Notes under the pieces: model-generated | The model's input: the letters and a program-made list of their open reading frames with translations, nothing else | The model's database searches: none | What the model was told of the DNA's origin: nothing | In this document: piece after piece, positions 62,956 to 64,000 of the stretch | Position numbering within the stretch: position 1 is the stretch's first letter | Layout: each line of letters starts with the position of its first letter | Program-made: the position numbers and the translations under genes | Source of the DNA: Balanoglossus misakiensis | Taxonomy: Eukaryota > Animalia > Hemichordata | Direction of reading: 5' to 3' | Assembly: GCA_040954595.2 (NCBI GenBank) | Contig: CM082587.2 | Span: 3,480,275 to 3,544,274 of the forward strand | Length of the DNA: 64,000 bases

Positions 62956-64000
62956 ATGTTGCGAATCTTCTTGGTTGTTTCGATTTCTATCTTTGCATTG
63001 CAGCTGATTAAGCCAGGTCGGTAAATTCATGTGCACGTCTCATATTTTCATCCTAGTGATTCCACTTTTATGTAACAATTGAATTGCATTTTCATTTCAT
63101 TGCATTGATATATCAATGACTGGACAAATGATACACAAGGATCAATTATAACACCCAGTTTCTTTCACAGGTGTGGCACAATGTGGAGATGGTGGAAATG
63201 AAGTGTGTGGTAAGTGTATGTCGAGGAAGTTTTTTTTCTGTTATGGCTTCAAAGAGGAGCATCGTCGCATTTGCGGCTGCGCGTATGGAACCCGTTAGCC
63301 CAGTTGGCATTGGTTGGAATGACTCAAAAGCTGTCAACTATGAACGTACAGGAATCAAATTCATGCACTCTATTCTGGCGACAAATGAGTTGCTGGAGAC
63401 ATAAGAACAAACTCTAATACGTTTATTTATCGTTTAATATGACTGGTCCAGCGTGCCAAACATGTGGAAGATGGAAAACCTTGTGGACAGGGCCACTAAG
63501 CTGTGGCACTGATGTGACTAGCCAAACCATCTGTGCAGCCAATGTAATTATCGTTTCCTTCGTATTCTCCATCATTCGGTTCTGATTAACTTTTGCTTGT
63601 GCATAAAACGTATCTTCTACTCACACACACACACTCTCTCTCTCTCCCCAGGAAACATGCGTAACCCGTATGAAGCAGCGCAGGACTGGTAAAATTAAAG
63701 TATGGTATGGCTGCAAAACATTAAAGGTACAACTATTTTACCAATACCGTTTAACGAAAGTCACATGCAAAAGCCAAGTTTATCATAGCTGAACAGATAA
63801 TACCGGGATTAACCGGTACATTCAGGTCTTTCTACGTCAGGAAAATGTGCGTCTTTGTCATCAAAGGGGTCATCTGATACAAGCAATTTTTCCATATTGT
63901 TTATAGCGATGCCTACGCCTACAGTCATTCAACATGCCGGGCTGCTACGAAACTCCAATCGAAGTTGATGATGCCAGAGGGTGTACCTTTTGCTGCAACA
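62956..64000 (+). CDS. Secreted three-finger protein, copy 3 (LDLa modules deleted); 3' end runs off the window
   Basis: Exons 62956-63016 (SP), 63171-63209 (VAQCGDGGNEVC), 63452-63543 (CQTCGRWKTLWTGPLSC...IC), 63652-63726 (ETCVTRMKQRRTGKIKVWYGCKTLK) and 63907-end (RCLRLQSFNMPGCYETPIEVDDARGCTFCCN). Confidence 0.85.

Overview
Eukaryotic (marine invertebrate-like, intron-rich, AT-rich) genomic DNA. A deuterostome invertebrate such as a hemichordate is my guess, but the sequence alone does not prove it. Reading splice sites by hand gives 9 multi-exon protein-coding genes. (1-2) A tandem pair of tiny Thr/Ala/Gly-rich GPI-anchored mucin-like proteins (minus, 0.7-5.8 kb). (3) An opsin with Lys296 and Glu181 (minus, 7.0-9.2 kb). 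(4) A non-catalytic type I membrane protein SP-furin-8xTSP1-2xEGF-2xHYR-SEA-EGF-TM (minus, 10.4-18.3 kb). (5) Head-to-head with gene 4, a giant ~67-exon ADAMTS-type metalloprotease with an intact zinc motif, no recognisable Cys-rich/spacer region, ~30 TSP1 and 13 CUB domains (plus, 20.6-50.1 kb). (6) A flavin-containing monooxygenase with DR1 nuclear-receptor elements (plus, 52.1-54.0 kb). (7-9) A tandem family of small secreted proteins in which 1, 2 or 0 LDL-receptor class A modules are fused to a three-finger (Ly6/uPAR-like) domain of 11-12 Cys with no GPI tail (plus, 55-64 kb, last copy truncated by the window). MITEs, minisatellites and a recent triplication of a TSP1-CUB module are also visible. 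The best candidates for undescribed biology are the LDLa-three-finger family and the divergent TSP1 protease/membrane-protein pair. All exon models are manual and need RNA-seq confirmation.
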